Assembly: GCA_051439505.1 (NCBI GenBank) | Contig: JBFRWI010000160.1 | Span: forward strand, 1 to 64,000 | Direction: 5' to 3' | Length of the DNA: 64,000 nt | DNA from: Hormoscilla sp. | Lineage (GTDB): Bacteria; Cyanobacteriota; Cyanobacteriia; Cyanobacteriales; Desertifilaceae | Shown here: piece by piece, positions 20,868 to 32,800 of the stretch | Position numbering within the stretch: the first letter of the stretch is position 1 | How the letters are laid out: each line of letters starts with the position of its first letter | Program-made: the position numbers and the translations under genes | Notes under the pieces: model-generated | The model's database searches: none | Seen by the model: the letters and a program-made list of their open reading frames with translations, nothing else | Told to the model about the DNA's origin: nothing

Positions 20868-21545
20868 TTAATCAAAAGCGGGTAATTGCCACATTTGGGG
20901 TTGAAACTCAGTTAATGAATTGAGAACCTGGTGCGCATTACGATACAATTGTTTATCCATGCTAGAATGAGGCACGGCGACAACGGACATGCCAGCAGCG
21001 ATCGCGGCTTTCACCCCGGCCAAAGCATCTTCAAACACCAGACATGCTGCCGGGTCAGCCCCCAGGCGTTGGGCGGCAATTAAGAAAATATCCGGTGCGG
21101 GTTTTCCTCGCCCGATCGCGGGGTCATCACCTTTAACGATACAGTCAAACAGGGCTAACCATTGAGTATGATTGCTAGTTTTCAGATCGAAAGAAAAACC
21201 AGCGGAACTGGTGGCCACGGCCTGCCGAACGTGATGTTGATGCAAATGTTGGGTCAGGCGCACCGCACCCGGAAGGGGTTGGGCATGGGGCAATAGATCG
21301 CGAAGCAATGGTTCTCTTTCTCGGAGAAAACTTTCCGGAGTCAGGGGCAACTCTAGCATTTCAATTATCGTCCGGGCTGAGTTGAGGGCGTTTCTGCCGG
21401 CTATCTGAGATTTTACCGACTCGGACAGGGTCTTGCCGTAGCGATGGGCGATCGCCTGATAGACTTGAGCGTAAATAGGTTCGGTATCTAGCAGCAGACC
21501 ATCTAGATCGTAAATGACGTGAGTAATTTTTTTGAAGTCAGGCAT
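20868..21545 (-). CDS. HAD-IA hydrolase (GS1/pseudouridine-5'-phosphatase-like)
   Basis: YDLDGLLLDTE, VATSS, KPAPDIF and VFEDA motifs. Confidence 0.92.
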   Translation of the reverse strand: MPDFKKITHVIYDLDGLLLDTEPIYAQVYQAIAHRYGKTLSESVKSQIAGRNALNSARTIIEMLELPLTPESFLREREPLLRDLLPHAQPLPGAVRLTQHLHQHHVRQAVATSSAGFSFDLKTSNHTQWLALFDCIVKGDDPAIGRGKPAPDIFLIAAQRLGADPAACLVFEDALAGVKAAIAAGMSVVAVPHSSMDKQLYRNAHQVLNSLTEFQPQMWQLPAFD

Positions 21546-21585
21546 GGGCAGATGTCAGGACGGGTAGCAATAGAAATATCGAGTT

Positions 21586-22227
21586 TCATGTTGCAGTATT
21601 GGGGCGAAACAATAGGCTCAACTCGAAATCATCTGATAGCTTCAGCTTTTCTTTTAGCATATAGCCGAAATGTTCGTACATGAGGATATTCTGTTGGGTA
21701 TCGGTTTCCACCCACACTCCCGTTGATGTGGGGTGTGACTCAGATAAGGCGTGAATGCGATCGAGCAATTGGCGGCCAAAGCCGAGGCCCTGAAAATCCG
21801 GGTGAACGGCGAGCATCACCAGGTGATAATAGGGTGCAGTAGGGTAATGTGGTTCGACCGCCATCATCAATCTTAGCAGCCGCCAGACAGCAGGCAATCC
21901 TGCCCCCAGAGTTAGCCGCACTAGCAGTCGCAGTCCGCCCCAAGGGTCTGCTGTGACTGCGGGCTCGTAGATGGCGGCCAGGCCAATAACTCGATCCTCT
22001 AGCATGACTGCCCACAGCGGCTGTCCGGTAGCCGCAAGCATATCCAAAAACAGCCGCAAGTACAGGCGGGTGACTTGCCGTTTGCGATCGCCTGTTACCC
22101 GAAAGAGGTAGTCGATGGTAGGCTGGGCCGCGAGGGTATCAGCTAACATAGTTGTCGCTTCGGAATGTCTGGAGGCAGGAAGATCTATAACTCTAGCGGC
22201 ATGCTTGGATCTGTCTGAAGCGGTCAT
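21586..22227 (-). CDS. GNAT family N-acetyltransferase
   Basis: LAVHPDFQGLGFGRQLL acetyl-CoA motif; YEHFGY; start taken at ATG 22227. Confidence 0.88.
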   Translation of the reverse strand: MTASDRSKHAARVIDLPASRHSEATTMLADTLAAQPTIDYLFRVTGDRKRQVTRLYLRLFLDMLAATGQPLWAVMLEDRVIGLAAIYEPAVTADPWGGLRLLVRLTLGAGLPAVWRLLRLMMAVEPHYPTAPYYHLVMLAVHPDFQGLGFGRQLLDRIHALSESHPTSTGVWVETDTQQNILMYEHFGYMLKEKLKLSDDFELSLLFRPNTAT

Positions 22228-22295
22228 GGTGAATTGACTTGGCAGATTTTGATATGATGTAGCAATATAATACTTCACCCATAAGGAGGCTTGTA

Positions 22296-23603
22296 GTGGT
22301 AAGGGTTCTCCGACTCGACCAGATGACATCAGCAGAACTCTCTTCGTTGAAAAGACGGGCGGAGTTGGATATTGAAAAGGCCCTGACGGTGGCCAAAGAG
22401 GTCATTGACAAGATTCGCTCTTCAGGGGATGCTGGGGTACTGGAATACGTCCGCAAGTTTGACTTTCCCGAGGCCCAACTGGATAATCTCAAGGTGAGCG
22501 ATCGGGAGTTTGCGGCGGCCAGGGAACAGATCGATCCTGCCATTAAATCGGCAATAGAACAAGCATTTGCCAATATCCGCCAAGTTCACCAGGGCCAGAT
22601 GCCCGAGGAAATGCGACTGGCAGAAGTTGAGGCGGGAATATTCGCGGGAGAGAAGGTAACCCCTGTTGCTAGTGCGGGACTTTACGTTCCCAGAGGTAAG
22701 GGTGCGTTCCCCTCGGTGATGCTGATGCTGACAGTTCCGGCGATGGTGGCCGGGGTGCAAAAAGTAATCGTCTGCACGCCCCCCGATAAAAATGGCAATA
22801 TCGAACCAGTTTCCCTAGTAGCTGCCGAGATGGCCGGAGTCAAGGATGTCTATAAGTTGGGGGGGATACAGGCGATCGCGGCCATGGCATTGGGAACGGA
22901 AACTATCCCCAAGGTGGACAAGATCACGGGTCCGTGCAATATCTACGGTTCCGCAGCTAAGCGGTTATTATACGGCACGGTGGACGTGGGACTGCCCGCT
23001 GGACCCAGCGAGTCAATTATTCTGACGGACGAACATACCGATCCCCAGTTAGCATCTCTGGATCTGCTGGTAGAGGCGGAACATGGTCCCGACTCCGCCG
23101 CCCTGTTGGTTACTCACAGTGAGGACCTGGCCGCCAAAGCAGCAGAGTACGTACCGAATTATCTGCAAAAGCTGCCCGACTGGCGTCGGGAATTCTGCGA
23201 AACGGGACTTTCATCCTATGGCGGCATCCTGCTGACTTCTAGCTTGGCAGAGTCGATCGCCTTTGTCAATGACTATGCCCCGGAACATCTGGAAGTGCTA
23301 GTCAAGGATCCTTTGAGTATTCTCGGACAAATTAAGAATGCGGGTGAGATTTTGCTCGGTCCCTACACCCCCATTCCTACAGCGAATTACTGTCTGGGTG
23401 TGAATGCTATTCTGCCTACGGGAGGTTTTGCCCGATCGTACTCTGCTGTGTCTGTCTGGGACTTCCTCAAGCGATCGGGCATCGGCTATCTGACCAAAGA
23501 AGGGTTCGATCGCTTGCAGCATACAACCCAAACTTTAGCAGATTATGAGGGTTTTCCTGCCCACGCCATGGCCATTCGCGAACGAGAACATCTGTTAAAG
23601 TAA
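22296..23603 (+). CDS. hisD: Histidinol dehydrogenase
   Basis: GLYVP, GGIQAIAAMA, PAGPSE, EAEHG, APEHL and NAILPT motifs; AAGGAGG RBS. Confidence 0.93.
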   Translation: MVRVLRLDQMTSAELSSLKRRAELDIEKALTVAKEVIDKIRSSGDAGVLEYVRKFDFPEAQLDNLKVSDREFAAAREQIDPAIKSAIEQAFANIRQVHQGQMPEEMRLAEVEAGIFAGEKVTPVASAGLYVPRGKGAFPSVMLMLTVPAMVAGVQKVIVCTPPDKNGNIEPVSLVAAEMAGVKDVYKLGGIQAIAAMALGTETIPKVDKITGPCNIYGSAAKRLLYGTVDVGLPAGPSESIILTDEHTDPQLASLDLLVEAEHGPDSAALLVTHSEDLAAKAAEYVPNYLQKLPDWRREFCETGLSSYGGILLTSSLAESIAFVNDYAPEHLEVLVKDPLSILGQIKNAGEILLGPYTPIPTANYCLGVNAILPTGGFARSYSAVSVWDFLKRSGIGYLTKEGFDRLQHTTQTLADYEGFPAHAMAIREREHLLK

Positions 23604-23632
23604 ACTCCAAATCTCTCGCTTTCCCGCTACAC

Positions 23633-23687
23633 CGCCGGGGGTTCAAACCCCCGGCTAATAGCTGAAGTCGGTTAAAACCGACTAAAA
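23633..23687. repeat. CGCCGGGGGTTCAAACCCCCGGCTAATAGCT.AAGTCGGTT.AAACCGACT double-hairpin repeat
   Basis: Copies at ~24202-24255 (inverted), ~33363-33415, ~33677-33730, ~34797-34870 and ~40082-40155. Confidence 0.88.
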
Positions 23688-23761
23688 AATTGTCTCGCAT
23701 TCGGAATACAAATTGACCGAAAAGTTGTATTTGTAGGGTGGGCGCGGTGCCTGTCATTTGC

Positions 23762-23802
23762 GGGTGTGGGCAACAACCACCAACTGACCCATGACCACAC
23801 CC
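23762..23802. mobile_element. 41-bp minimal GGGTGTGG..GACCACACCC element
   Basis: Terminal inverted repeat similar to 4737-4888. Confidence 0.6.
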
Positions 23803-23838
23803 CACATCGACGCCCTTGCAGATATGCTGAGTAACAGC

Positions 23839-24093
23839 ATGAAATATAAAATATACGATGAAATCAGGACATTGGTGGATGCAAATTCAGATTGAGGCGA
23901 TCGCCTCATTCCCAAGGGGAGAATGGGAGCGATCGTATAATGTTACGAACATCCTGTAGAAGGTTACGCAGTCGATTTGGCAATCACCGATAAAAGGTGG
24001 GTGTCCGGTTTCGACTATGAAAACGTCATCCTTTATCCCGACCAATTCGAGGTAGTCAGTCTTGTTTCATCGGGTTTGGTCAAAAGTAGTTGA
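23839..24093 (+). pseudogene. DUF4926-like small protein with two in-frame stops
   Basis: MKYKIYDEIRTLVDANSD*GDRLIPKGRMGAIV*CYEHPVEGYAVDLAI..ENVILYPDQFEVV; absent from the ORF track. Confidence 0.65.
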
Positions 24094-24304
24094 AGAGAAC
24101 GTGTTTTACCCTCGTTCCCACCGCTGCGCGACAGATGCGACAAACAAAATCTGTTGGGTTTCGTGCCTCAACCCAACCTACAGATGCGACAAAAGATTTT
24201 CAGTCGGTTTTAACCGACTTTAGCTATTAGCCGGGGGTTTGAACCCCCGGCGGGCTGACAGCGAAGTTACCAATTAACCGGCGGGCTGACAGCGAAGTTA
24301 TTAA

Positions 24305-25231
24305 CTAACGCTTGCTTCTCATGCGGGCCCAGCGGGTCATATGCCAAATCATGATAAACAAAGTACCAGAAACCAAGGCTCCCAAATTCCATTTCACGGA
24401 ATTCTTGAGCAGGGCCTGTCTGCGGTTAGCCCGAACTGTTTCAGATTGAATGCGCATAGTTTCCTCTGCCCTGGCAATTTGGGTCAGTAATTGTCCCTTT
24501 AATTCTTGAGGAGCATCTATTTCCGGTAAAGGACTTTGACGAGTAATGGCAGATATCATCTCTTTAATCTCATCATCCGTATCAGCTTGCTCTAACTCGT
24601 ATTTTATTGGTTGCAACCGCTCATTTTGCCGTACAAATTGGGCAGAAATTTGAGCATTGTTAGCCTTATAGATCCGCAACGTGTTGTTAATTCCCAAGGG
24701 GAGACTCAGCAAGTAAATTAACCCCAGCAGCAAGGAAACCCAGGATAAAAACCGCAACAAGTGCAATGACTTTCGATCGACAGTCCCAGAGGGGCGATAA
24801 AAGACAAGCATTAGCCCGAGCAAAGGAACCGGTACGCGCTCGACCATGCGCCCGATCGCCTGAAATTCCCAGAAGGGGTTAGTAAAGTTGGGGGGATAAA
24901 TAATTTGAAGATAGTCAAACAATGCTAAGATTAACAAACCGTAGCCGACTAAGGCCAGTAAAGAATAGGAACGTGTACTGGCGGATGCCGAAAGAGAGAC
25001 TAAGAAATTTTTATCCCCTGTTGGTGACTGGGTCTGGTGCGGTGAAGGAACCTTGTTAGGGTCGAACCAGCCCCCTAGCAAAGTTGAGTCGGACGACCGA
25101 TCCTCGGAATCTTCAGATGCAGGGGGCTGTTCGACTGGGGGAGATTTAGGTTCTGCGGAAGTCCCAGGGGGCTGTTCGACTGGGGGAGAGTTCTGTTCTT
25201 CGGAAAACTGATCTGGCTGAACTATAGACAT
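24305..25231 (-). CDS. HpsJ-family membrane protein
   Basis: VGYGLL, P.FTNP.WEFQ.IG.MVERVPVPLLGL.LVF and LLKNSVKWNLGAL motifs; SPPVEQPP duplicated in the N-terminus. Confidence 0.8.
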   Translation of the reverse strand: MSIVQPDQFSEEQNSPPVEQPPGTSAEPKSPPVEQPPASEDSEDRSSDSTLLGGWFDPNKVPSPHQTQSPTGDKNFLVSLSASASTRSYSLLALVGYGLLILALFDYLQIIYPPNFTNPFWEFQAIGRMVERVPVPLLGLMLVFYRPSGTVDRKSLHLLRFLSWVSLLLGLIYLLSLPLGINNTLRIYKANNAQISAQFVRQNERLQPIKYELEQADTDDEIKEMISAITRQSPLPEIDAPQELKGQLLTQIARAEETMRIQSETVRANRRQALLKNSVKWNLGALVSGTLFIMIWHMTRWARMRSKR

Positions 25232-25424
25232 AAGACGCGATCGGATGTAATAATAAAATCACAAATTACATTGAGCAGATAATCTGCACAATCAATCTTC
25301 ACCCCGCTCCCGGAAGGCAGATGATGTGAAAGTGAGGGATTGATATGATAAGATTGAACTGCCTCTATTAATAAGATCCAATTATAATCAAGACAGTTTC
25401 GGCTAATGCAGGAGAAAATCACCC

Positions 25425-26765
25425 ATGACAACATCGACTCGCCGCTATCATATCACCACTTTCGGCTGCCAGATGAACAAAGCCGACTCGGAGCGCATGG
25501 CAGGTATACTGGAAACCCTGGGCTTTGAGTGGTCAGAAGACCCCAACCAGGCGGAGTTAATCCTCTACAACACCTGTACGATTCGGGATAACGCCGAACA
25601 AAAGGTATATTCTTACCTAGGGAGACAGGCGAAGCGCAAGCAAGAAGAACCGGGTCTCACCCTAGTAGTGGCCGGTTGCGTGGCCCAGCAAGCAGGAGAA
25701 GCATTGCTGCGGCGAGTGCCAGAATTAGATTTAGTGATGGGACCGCAACATGCCAACCGCCTGGACTCCTTATTAGAACAGGTATTTGATGGGAATCAGG
25801 TAGTGGCCACAGAACCCATTCACATCATGGAAGATATCACCAAGCCGCGCCGGGATAGCAAAGTGACAGCTTGGGTAAATGTCATTTATGGCTGCAACGA
25901 ACGCTGTACATATTGTGTCGTACCCAATGTCCGAGGAGTAGAACAATCTCGGACGCCAGAAGCAATTCGGGCGGAAATGACAGAAATAGGGCGCAGTGGC
26001 TATAAAGAAGTGACCCTGCTGGGACAAAATATCGATGCTTACGGACGGGACTTACCAGGGGTGACGGCGGAGGGGCGTCACAAGCATACCTTTACAGACT
26101 TGCTGTACTTCGTACATGACGTGCCCGGAATCGATCGCATCCGTTTTGCCACTAGCCATCCCCGCTATTTTACCGAAAGATTGATTAAAGCTTGTGCGGA
26201 ATTGCCCAAAGTCTGCGAACATTTTCATATACCCTTTCAGTCGGGGGATAACGATATCCTGAAGGCCATGGCCCGGGGTTATACCCATGAGAAATATCGG
26301 CGCATTATCGATCGCATTCGGGCCATCATGCCAGATGCGGCAATTACGGCTGATGCGATCGTGGGATTTCCCGGGGAGACGGAAGCGCAGTTTGAAAATA
26401 CGTTACAATTAGTGGAGGATATTGGGTTCGACCAGTTGAATACAGCGGCCTATTCGCCCCGTCCGGGAACTCCCGCCGCCCTATGGGAAAATCAGGTCGG
26501 GGAGGAAGTAAAGGGCGATCGACTGCAACGTCTGAATCATCTAGTGGCGACGAAAGCAGCAGAACGATCGCAAAGGTATATAAGAAGGATAGAAGAGGTG
26601 CTGGTGGAAGATAAAAATCCTAAAAATGAGGGTCAAGTAATGGGAAGGACGAGATCGAATCGCCTGACGTTCTGCGAGGGGGACCTGGAGGAATTAAAGG
26701 GTCAGCTAGTCAAGGTAAAGATCGCGGAAGTGCGGGCCTTTAGCTTAACGGGTGATCGGGTTTAG
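25425..26765 (+). CDS. miaB: tRNA-2-methylthio-N6-dimethylallyladenosine synthase
   Basis: [17 protein letters not shown] radical-SAM motif; TRAM C-terminus. Confidence 0.96.
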   Translation: MTTSTRRYHITTFGCQMNKADSERMAGILETLGFEWSEDPNQAELILYNTCTIRDNAEQKVYSYLGRQAKRKQEEPGLTLVVAGCVAQQAGEALLRRVPELDLVMGPQHANRLDSLLEQVFDGNQVVATEPIHIMEDITKPRRDSKVTAWVNVIYGCNERCTYCVVPNVRGVEQSRTPEAIRAEMTEIGRSGYKEVTLLGQNIDAYGRDLPGVTAEGRHKHTFTDLLYFVHDVPGIDRIRFATSHPRYFTERLIKACAELPKVCEHFHIPFQSGDNDILKAMARGYTHEKYRRIIDRIRAIMPDAAITADAIVGFPGETEAQFENTLQLVEDIGFDQLNTAAYSPRPGTPAALWENQVGEEVKGDRLQRLNHLVATKAAERSQRYIRRIEEVLVEDKNPKNEGQVMGRTRSNRLTFCEGDLEELKGQLVKVKIAEVRAFSLTGDRV

Positions 26766-26999
26766 CGTTTGCAGGTTAGTAGTAAACGCGAAGCGCGTTT
26801 GCCGTTCGTAGTAAACGGGAAGCGCGTTTGCAGGTTTGAGGTACCAAGATCGTTTTGCTGAACATCTAATCTGACATCAGGATTGATGTTGATCAATTGT
26901 TAAAAGAAAAACCAGAAAATCATCCCAAAGAAAAGATTAAATGAGGTGGTAGTCCAGAAAGAACGTGATAGCATAGAGGTAGTCAGAGAAAGAGGAGGA

Positions 27000-28064
27000 A
27001 TGATGGAGAAACTGCGAGTAGGGCTGCTGTTTGGCGGTAGTTCGGGAGAACATGAAGTATCAATAGTCTCGGCAAGGGCGATCGCCAGTGCCATATCAGG
27101 CTCGGAAAACAGCAGCAAGTACGAACTATGGCCAGTATACATCCAAAAGGATGGCATCTGGCAAGCAGGAGAACGGGCCCAGCAGGTGCTAGAATCGGGA
27201 AAACCAGACTCACGTGAGGAGGCGGGAAATCTGTGGGAATTTCCTCCGGGCATGGAAAAAATAGATGTCTGGTTTCCCATCCTCCACGGTCCCAATGGGG
27301 AAGATGGCACGGTGCAGGGCTTGCTAAAATTAATGCAAGTTCCCCGTGTGGGGACGGGGGTGCTGGGTTCGGCCATGGGCATGGATAAAATTGCTACGAA
27401 AATGATATTTGCCCAAGCAGGCTTGCCCCAGGTAAAGTATATAGCAGTTAATCGCGCCGAGATCTGGTCCAATCCTTGCGTGTTCCCGAAACTATGCGAT
27501 CGCCTGGAAGAGGAGTTAGGTTATCCCTGCTTTGTCAAGCCAGCGAATTTAGGGTCGTCGGTGGGCATTAGTAAGGTGCGATCGCGGGCTGAGTTAGAAT
27601 CGGCTTTGGATAAAGCCGCCACCTATGACCGACGTATAGTAGTAGAAGCAGGGGTAGTGGCACGGGAACTGGAATGTGCGGTTTTAGGGAACGATTTTCC
27701 CAAAGCATCTGTAGTAGGGGAGATTACTTATAAAAGTGATTTCTATGACTATGAGACAAAATACACGGCGGGGAAAGCCGACTTATACATACCAGCGCCG
27801 GTCCCAGCAGAGATAACTGGAAAAATCCAGGAGATGGCCCTGGAAGCATTTGCAGCTATAGACGCAGCGGGTCTGGCAAGGGTAGACTTTTTCTATGTGG
27901 AAGCCACGGGGGAGGTGTTCATTAATGAAATCAACACCCTGCCAGGGTTTACGGCCACCAGCATGTATCCTCAATTATGGGCGCAAACAGGGGTGTCTTT
28001 CCCCCAATTGGTAGACCGGTTGATTGAATTGGCCCTGGAACGACATTCCCCAAAAAGCGAGTAA
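27000..28064 (+). CDS. ddl: D-alanine--D-alanine ligase
   Basis: [32 protein letters not shown] and [10 protein letters not shown] motifs; start at 27000 or 27003. Confidence 0.96.
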   Translation: MMEKLRVGLLFGGSSGEHEVSIVSARAIASAISGSENSSKYELWPVYIQKDGIWQAGERAQQVLESGKPDSREEAGNLWEFPPGMEKIDVWFPILHGPNGEDGTVQGLLKLMQVPRVGTGVLGSAMGMDKIATKMIFAQAGLPQVKYIAVNRAEIWSNPCVFPKLCDRLEEELGYPCFVKPANLGSSVGISKVRSRAELESALDKAATYDRRIVVEAGVVARELECAVLGNDFPKASVVGEITYKSDFYDYETKYTAGKADLYIPAPVPAEITGKIQEMALEAFAAIDAAGLARVDFFYVEATGEVFINEINTLPGFTATSMYPQLWAQTGVSFPQLVDRLIELALERHSPKSE

Positions 28065-28112
28065 AGATATTGGTTCTGGGTGCGCGGGCCAGGAGAAAAA
28101 GGAGACAGTTTG

Positions 28113-28988
28113 ATGAACTACCAGCTAGATAAAAAATTAGGACAGCAGCTGATCGGGATGCTACTAAAGCAGATCGGGACTAGCCCCCTATTTATTTGGG
28201 GCGGGCTGTTGACATTATTATTATCAGTTGCAAGCATAGCCACCCAGGAACTGACGAGTCCAGGGCCCATAGAACCAGTAGAAATTGCGGCATCGCCAGT
28301 GCAGTCGTCAGAAGCAGCAACTACTTTAGCGCAGAAAGGCGCAGGGGGTGAGACTCCCACTCCAGTACAGAGTAGCACGGCAGCAGTAGAGATTTATCCC
28401 CAGGCAGATGAGACCTTGCCTCTCTGGTTGTTTGGCGCGATCGCGATCGGTTGTGCTGGCGGTTCCTGGTTAATTTCTCAACAAATTAATCGCAAACCAA
28501 TGCTAGCAGATCCCATTGGTGCTACGGGTAGGCGGCTAAGTCTGGGACAAGTGCGCCAACCCCGCCGTCCTACTAGGCCCCAAACAAGTCTAGCCCAGCG
28601 GGAGGCGAGGGAGTCTGGCAGAGTAATGTCCAGAATGGGGCGATCGCGCGCAGCTTCCGTCGCCAGGGTTCCGCAGCAGACAAGCAGGTCTCGGACGACC
28701 CCAGAAGTTTCGCGGGCGACAATTAGAGGGCGATCGGACATGACGGGGCAATTACAGCAAGCACACCGTTCCGGAAAAATCAGAACTCGCGGACCACAAA
28801 AACAGGAGGTACAGATGCAGAGGACTTTGCCCAAAAAGCAAAGCCAAAATGTTGTGGTGCCCGGGATGGAGATTTATAAGGGCGATCGGGCCCTTAGTGG
28901 CAAAGAAAAACGAGGGGAAAAAAGTCTGGCCGAGATGATGGATATTCGCAAACGGGGGTCGATCGCTTCCGTGGTGCGAAACCTCTAA
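28113..28988 (+). CDS. Hypothetical membrane protein with two TM segments and an Arg/Gln-rich tail
   Basis: Long ORF after ddl; GGAG RBS; ends SLAEMMDIRK. Confidence 0.7.
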   Translation: MNYQLDKKLGQQLIGMLLKQIGTSPLFIWGGLLTLLLSVASIATQELTSPGPIEPVEIAASPVQSSEAATTLAQKGAGGETPTPVQSSTAAVEIYPQADETLPLWLFGAIAIGCAGGSWLISQQINRKPMLADPIGATGRRLSLGQVRQPRRPTRPQTSLAQREARESGRVMSRMGRSRAASVARVPQQTSRSRTTPEVSRATIRGRSDMTGQLQQAHRSGKIRTRGPQKQEVQMQRTLPKKQSQNVVVPGMEIYKGDRALSGKEKRGEKSLAEMMDIRKRGSIASVVRNL

Positions 28989-28989
28989 T

Positions 28990-29325
28990 TGTTGTCGCGA
29001 CTCATTTCTTCCAGTTCTTCGACCAGCAGTAATGCCCGTCGGTATTTGAGATTCAACAATTATTCCATAACCATTTCCCTCCCAGGCTATTGATATTGGA
29101 TGAAAAAGAATATCGCGATCGGACCGAAACCGGGTTTCTGCGATAATTTTCGCATCCCCACCGAGATAGTTAAAGAAACCCGGTTTCAAGGGCTCCCACG
29201 GGAACGCCCCCGGTTGCGATCGGACGAGAAAAAAGTCCATGTTCTCCAATCAATGATTACAACCAACGCTATCGAGATTTTAATTATAGCCCCATAGGTG
29301 AAGGTGGGCGGTGCCCACCCTACAA
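28990..29325 (-). pseudogene. Relic duplicate of the 5' ends of the DUF29 gene and of its upstream gene/promoter
   Basis: 28990-29095 matches 34245-34372 with an internal deletion; 29236-29325 matches 34672-34763. Confidence 0.85.
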
Positions 29326-29369
29326 TCTTAAGCAGTCCGTATCCCGAATGCAAGTGAGGACTCTGAAAC

Positions 29370-29846
29370 GATCGCATCTCTGGGCCGATCGCATGTATAA
29401 AAGTATCGCATCTCTGGGGCGATCGCATCTGGCCGGGGCACGGCATCATAAAATTAACATATTCACCGCAAATTAGCTAACGCCGTGCCCCGGTGGTTGA
29501 TGGCCGATCGCATGTATTGGACGTGACGGTTGATGGGGCGATCGCATGTCTGGGGCGATCGCGTATGGCCGGGGCACGGCGCAAGAAAATTGACTGATTT
29601 CGGTGATAATTAACTGATGCCGTGCCCCTACAGGGTGTGACTGTATGGAACGATCGGGTGTATGGGGCGATCGCCTGGATGGAACAAACGTATCGGGTAG
29701 GGGCACGGCATCCGCAAATTAACTGCTTCACCCGACAATTTATGTGACGCCGTGCCCCGGTGGTTGATGGCCGATCGCATGTTTGGGGCGATGTATTTGG
29801 CGATCGCATGTTTGGGGCGATCGCATGTTTGGGGCGATCGCATGTA
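29370..29846. repeat. HIP1-rich tandem array (GGGGCGATCGCATGTTT-like units) interleaved with three GGGGCACGGC..GCCGTGCCCC elements
   Basis: More than ten HIP1 or HIP1-like sites in ~480 bp. Confidence 0.85.
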
Positions 29847-29850
29847 TGGT

Positions 29851-32800
29851 TTACCTTTCATATTCCTGGGCGTGATGTTCGCAGAGCCACAAGTAATGCC
29901 CTTCTGGGGTTAACACCTTCCGCAAACCTCCCCAATGCTGCTGGGGGTCTTTTTCATCCAAAAGTTGGCGCAAGGCTCGCAGCGGGGCCCCCTGGATTCG
30001 CTCTGGCCCGAATTCTTCTGCCATACCACCCCTCTCTCTTTCTCGATTTTCTCCGCCCTCTAGTTGGGGCAAGTTGGCTACTATTTCTTGCATGTATTTT
30101 CTATCCTGACTGAGCAGTTTTTCATAAACTTCTGGGTTGCCATAACCTAGAGTCAGACCTGCTACAGGATGAGCATATTTTAATAATTTTACTAATTTGC
30201 GCAGATATGGTGCCATTACTCGAAACCACTCGGCGGGGACTGTTATTTCATAGTCACCGCCTGACTCTGTCGGATGCCAACAACCGGGCGCTTGACAGTA
30301 TAGTTGCAATTGCAATTTCTGCCCCTTAATGGCCCGTTTCCAGTTGCTCGCTTCTTGGGGACGCAGCACAAATATATTCGGACAATGGGATTCTATTTTC
30401 TCTTGTTCCAGCCGGAAAGCATTGGTGAATTCTCGTTGTATTAGTTTGAGCATCTCTATTTGCATGGCGAGAATGTCGTGCTGTCCCTTGGTTAATTGCT
30501 CGATGTGGGATAAGATGAGATCCCCCCCAGCCCCCCTTACGAAGGGGGGAGCATGAAACCCCCCCCTTCCTAAGGGGGGTTGGGGGGGATCTTCCGTCTC
30601 CCCCCTTCCTAAGGGGGGCTGGGGGGGATCCTTCGTTGGGTTCAGGTCTAAGCCTAACAAGAGTTTTATTACTGAGATATCTTCTAAGCAGGCCGGACAT
30701 TCTATGGTATGCTTGTTTTTCTCATACCGTTTCTCTAATTGCTGGTAGTCGAATTCGTGGCGGCAGGGTTGACTGTCGCCACAGGGACAGGGTATTGTAC
30801 GTTTTATCTCTAATCCGGGAAATCGTGCTAGGGTTACCTCGATGCCGTCTTTGAGCAGGGCGAAGAAGTTCTGGGGGTTGGCTCCTCGGACGATTAATTG
30901 GAGTTCGTGCTGATGGGGAAATGCCTGCACTAAGGCGAGATGTTTGGGTGCTGTTGGTTCGTCGGCCAGCAGGGCTCCTTTGCGCCAGTGGATGCCTGTA
31001 GAAAAACGGTGTTGACGGGCTATAGACCAAGTGGGAATGCCTGCGGGCAGGGTATTCATCTTCCATTTCACGGACATTTCATTGCAGTTGTTCCTGGTTT
31101 TGATGGCGTCCCATTTGTCTTGGTATTTGGGGGGAGACAGGGGCAAGCGTTCGACTACCAGACTGACATCGGAGGTCTCAAATTCGGTGCGAATGCGGTA
31201 GGATAGGTCAAATCTCTCCATCAGGCGCAGGAAATGTTCGCTTATTGATGGTTCTATGTCTGCCCAGAGTTGTGCCATGTGGGGGCGGGTGAATATGCCG
31301 GAACGGTGTTGGACTTCTTGACTTTCTAATACTTTGCTGATCTGTTCTGTCACCCATTGGGGCTTGAGGATGACGATGTTTTGCAGTTCGGGGTGGTCCT
31401 GGAAGTAGAGTATGTCCCCTAGTTCGTGCAGCCATTGGGCGAGGACTGACTGACTGTCGTCCGATACTTTGTGGGCTGTCATGATGTAGTTTAATTGTCC
31501 CAGGGTGATGTATTCTCGGGAATGCTTGCGGATGGCTTTGGCTGCATTCAGCCAAGTTAGGGGCCAAGTTTCTCCCATTAAGGGCATTTGGGCAGCGGTG
31601 TCGGCTATTAATTGTCTCAGGGTATCGATGCCCGCGCCGGTGCGGCTGCTGATGGCGCAATGTCCTTTTATTTGGGGATATTGTTGGCGTAAGTCGCTCT
31701 CTGGAAGGTCGGGGGAACGCTCGTCGATGTGGGTGGCGACGAGTAAAATGGGTGAGTTGGGTGCAACTGCTTTGATGGTGTTGAGCCAATAGTAGAGTTG
31801 ACTTGGTTCAAAGCCCAGTCGCGCATTCCAGGCGAGGAGAAACAGGGAGCGGTTGGAGAGAAAGAATTGATGGGTGGCGTGATAGATTTGTTGTCCGCCA
31901 AAGTCCCAGGCGTTCAGTTGCATGGTGACAGGCTGTTTCTCCTGACGATTTCGCCCTTTTCGTTCAAATAGTCCGAACAACTTCTTAGTCTTGCCAGGTA
32001 TCGTGAGTTCTAATGTCTCTGTAGGATGGGTGAATTTCAGGGTGCGGATGGCAATGCCGTGGGTGGTTGATTCCTGGGGGTTGAAGGGTTCGCCTCTGAG
32101 GGCGCGTAATAAGGATGTCTTGCCAACTCCGCCTTCGCCTACGACTATGAGTTTGGAAACCCATTGGGGTTGTTTTGCTGGTAGCTGTGATCGCAGATAG
32201 GCGAATACTGTTTCTATGCCTTGGTATAGAAGCTCTGGCGGGGGCGAGGTTAGGGGATTATGGCCCAGGTATAGCCCTTTGGGAGTAGAATAAATGTTTG
32301 GATTTTTCTTGATATCTAGTCTTCTCAGATTGCGCAGTTGACCGATTTCAGGTGGCAGCGCCGTTAGTTTATTATTGTGGAGGTTTAGCTGTGTCAGATT
32401 GCACAGTTGACCGATTTCAGGTGGCAGCGCCTTTAAGAGATTATTGTAGAGGTATAGCTGTGTCAGATTGCGCAGTTGACCGATTTCAGGTGGCAGCGCC
32501 GTTAGTTGATTATCACGGAGGTTTAGCTGTGTCAGATTGTGCAGTTGACCGATTTCAGGTGGCAGCGCCGTTAGTTTATTATTACTGAGGTTTAGCTGTG
32601 TCAGATTGTGTAGTTGACCGATTTCAGGTGGCAGCGCCGTTAGTTGATTATCACTGAGGTATAGCTGTGTCAGATTGTGCAGTTGACCGATTTCAGGTGG
32701 CAGCGCCGTTAGTTTATTCTTCCAAAGGATTAGCCTTGTCAGATTAGTCAGTTGACCGATTTCAGGTGGCAGGGCTGTTAGTTTATTCCCGTTGAGGTTT

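Noticed and set aside
29370..29846. Possible CRISPR array
   Set aside because: Repeats are degenerate, irregularly spaced and inverted-bounded; no cas genes in the window
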